DNA of 63,983 bases, counting the filler, from Octopus bimaculoides (lineage: Eukaryota): the NCBI RefSeq assembly GCF_001194135.2. It is 9 parts of 9 records of this genome, joined end to end, with 100 filler letters (N's around TTAATTAATTAA, not from the genome) between each part and the next. Parts side by side here need not be neighbours in the genome. Positions count along the whole stretch, not along the records: positions 60,813 to 62,073 come from NW_026348134.1; positions 62,174 to 63,983 come from NW_026383033.1; 7 more parts are not named here. One strand, written 5' to 3'. Below are positions 61,464-63,983 of this stretch, piece after piece. A program made the position numbers and the translations under genes. The notes beneath the pieces are model-generated. The model did no database searches and was not told the origin of the DNA. It saw nothing but the letters and a program-made list of their open reading frames with translations. Numbering within the stretch: position 1 is the stretch's first letter; the number at the start of each line of letters is the position of its first letter.

Positions 61464-63983
61464 ATATATATATATGCATAAACATACATACGTACGTAGA
61501 TACATGCATGCATACACATATCTATGAATCTATCTGGTATTATATATATATATATATATACATATATAAATACGTACATATATATACACACATATATATA
61601 CATAATGCATATAATATATATATATGTGTGTGTGTATCGCGTATGTGTGTGCGCGCACGTGCGCGTGCGTGTGTGTGTGGAGCCAGTGAAGACAGGGGTA
61701 AACGCGCACCAGAGTCACACACACACCGACATATAGGAACGGACACGTTTGTATAAAATTGTGTAACTACATAAATCTTTACCTAAAATATCCATACTCA
61801 ACTTCAAACATGATTTGTTATAGGCAGACAAGTTTGTTTATTGTTTGTACATATATATATATATATATATATATACATACATATATATACGATGGGCTTC
61901 TTTCAGTTTCCATCAACCAAATCCTCTGACATCCTTTGATCCGCCTGGGGCTATAGTAGAAAACACTTGTCCAAGTTCAGTGGACTGAACCCGGAACCAT
62001 GTGGTTGAGAAGGAAGATTTTTACCACACAGCCACGCCTGCGGCTATACATATATAGATATATGTGTGAGTGTNNNNNNNNNNNNNNNNNNNNNNNNNNN
62101 NNNNNNNNNNNNNNNNNTTAATTAATTAANNNNNNNNNNNNNNNNNNNNNNNNNNNNNNNNNNNNNNNNNNNNTTGGTCTTGTAAATGGACTGTGATATT
62201 ATTGGGTTGCACTACATTTTCCTTATATCGACTTCATATAACAGGTAAGAAAGGATGCTATGAGTGCTGTTTGCTGATCAGCAATCAGTTAACAGTCTGT
62301 GAAATGAATATTTTCGCATAAAACGCGCTTTCAGGTACGCACGCACGCACGCACATATACTCACACACGCACACGCAAGCACACGCGCATACACATACAC
62401 ACGCGCACACACATACAGACGCGCACACACATAACTACACATACATATAAATTCACAAACAAACACTCAAAACGTTCAAAGATACAGGCTTTTTATGTAC
62501 TGTGTCACACTGATAGTACCTAAATGTAAATTGTGTGCAGAATGCTCAGGCATTAATGTGCTATTCATTTGGGAGATAATTCAGTTGATCCAGCTTCATT
62601 ATCATCNNNNNNNNNNNNNNNNNNNNNNNNNNNNNNNNNNNNNNNNNNNNNNNNNNNNNNNNNNNNNNNNNNNNNNNNNNNNNNNNNNNNNNNNNNNNNN
62701 NNNNNNNNNNNNNNNNNNNNNNNNNNNNNNNNNNNNNNNNNNNNNNNNNNNNNNNNNNNNNNNNNNNNNNNNNNNNNNNNNNNNNNNNNNNNNNNNNNNN
62801 NNNNNNNNNNNNNNNNNNNNNNNNNNNNNNNNNNNNNNNNNNNNNNNNNNNNNNNNNNNNNNNNNNNNNNNNNNNNNNNNNNNNNNNNNNNNNNNNNNNN
62901 NNNNNNNNNNNNNNNNNNNNNNNNNNNNNNNNNNNNNNNNNNNNNNNNNNNNNNNNNNNNNNNNNNNNNNNNNNNNNNNNNNNNNNNNNNNNNNNNNNNN
63001 NNNNNNNNNNNNNNNNNNNATATGCTGTATGTTAACTCAATGTAATTATCTCTTATATTTCTGAGAAATTTGCTAATATATTACTGTTAGTGTATCAAAG
63101 ATTGCCTAATGTTCATGATATTGGCCTCACGATTGTGGTGTAACGATTTCGATCCATCCTATTGATATTTTGTGCGTGTATTCTAGTATACTGTGGCTGT
63201 GGGCTAACATACTCAAATGAGACACCTACTAATCATACATCATGATATTGTAACATAATCTATAGTCTACGGAAGACTCAAATACTTTAAAACAAGTGTC
63301 TATACTCTATTCCACTTCGTCTGTCCTGCTACGCTGGGTATCAAACGATATACACCTTTCGAAAATGTGAGACATTTAAACCCTTAACTGTGAATTTGTT
63401 TCTAAATATTTTCTTCCAATTCATATACTATTATTTTCATTGTTATTGTTATTATTATTATTGTTATTAATATTATTAACTTAATTATTATCTAAAGCAG
63501 TGTGTGTGTGCATGTGCGTGCGTGTATGTGTTCAAAGATACATCACTTTATATCTGTTTCAGTTGAATCCGATCTCATCAATCTTGATATATTATGCAAT
63601 GATATATGCAGCTATTGATACTTGAGGTGTCATTAAAATGACTCTTCAGACTCATCAGAATTGTGTATAGAATTAATGTGCTGTAGAAACTTGAATCATC
63701 AGTAATTTATGTATATACTGAGTTGCACGATATCTGCAAAATATGCTGTGATCGAATTCCGATGAAATAAAAATCTTGCTCACTCCCTTCGTATTGTGTG
63801 TAATTGTAAAAGTTCAACGGATGTTTGTGGTTTTCAGATATTTGATAATATAGACTATATCGAGAGTATTGTCGTGTCTGAAAGCATGTACCCTTGAATG
63901 AACTTAATAGAGTAAACTCGAGTGCTAATACGAGATTGAAGTTATTATGGCATACATATATTTATATATGCATATATATATAT

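Overview
Eukaryotic, AT-rich, gap-ridden scaffold window dominated by microsatellites and interspersed repeats. The repeat landscape (several tRNA-headed SINE families, RTE, R4/Dong, HERO, Tx1/L1 and Penelope-like fragments, Tc1/mariner relics, (TA)n/(CA)n/(TATG)n arrays) suggests an octopus/cephalopod genome; this is an inference. Almost all ORFs in the track are artefacts of simple repeats or N-gaps. The only convincing host coding segment is one internal exon (49205-49335, +) of a synaptobrevin/VAMP-family R-SNARE. Its ionic zero-layer codon is CAT (His) instead of Arg, and A-to-I editing at 49300 would give CGT (Arg). Other points of interest: (1) a tRNA-headed short element carrying a Penelope-type minimal hammerhead fold (51586-51825), with more hammerhead-like cores elsewhere; (2) a SINE whose 3' tail matches the 3' end of a Tx1/L1-like LINE in the same window; (3) two different retrotransposons lying tail-to-tail in (AAT)n; (4) an ORF1-only L1/Tx1-like segment interrupting a 51-bp satellite; (5) a DD36E Tc1-like relic; (6) a 208-bp foldback hairpin. 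All alignments were done by eye and no database search was run. Repeat boundaries are approximate unless a TSD or TIR is quoted.
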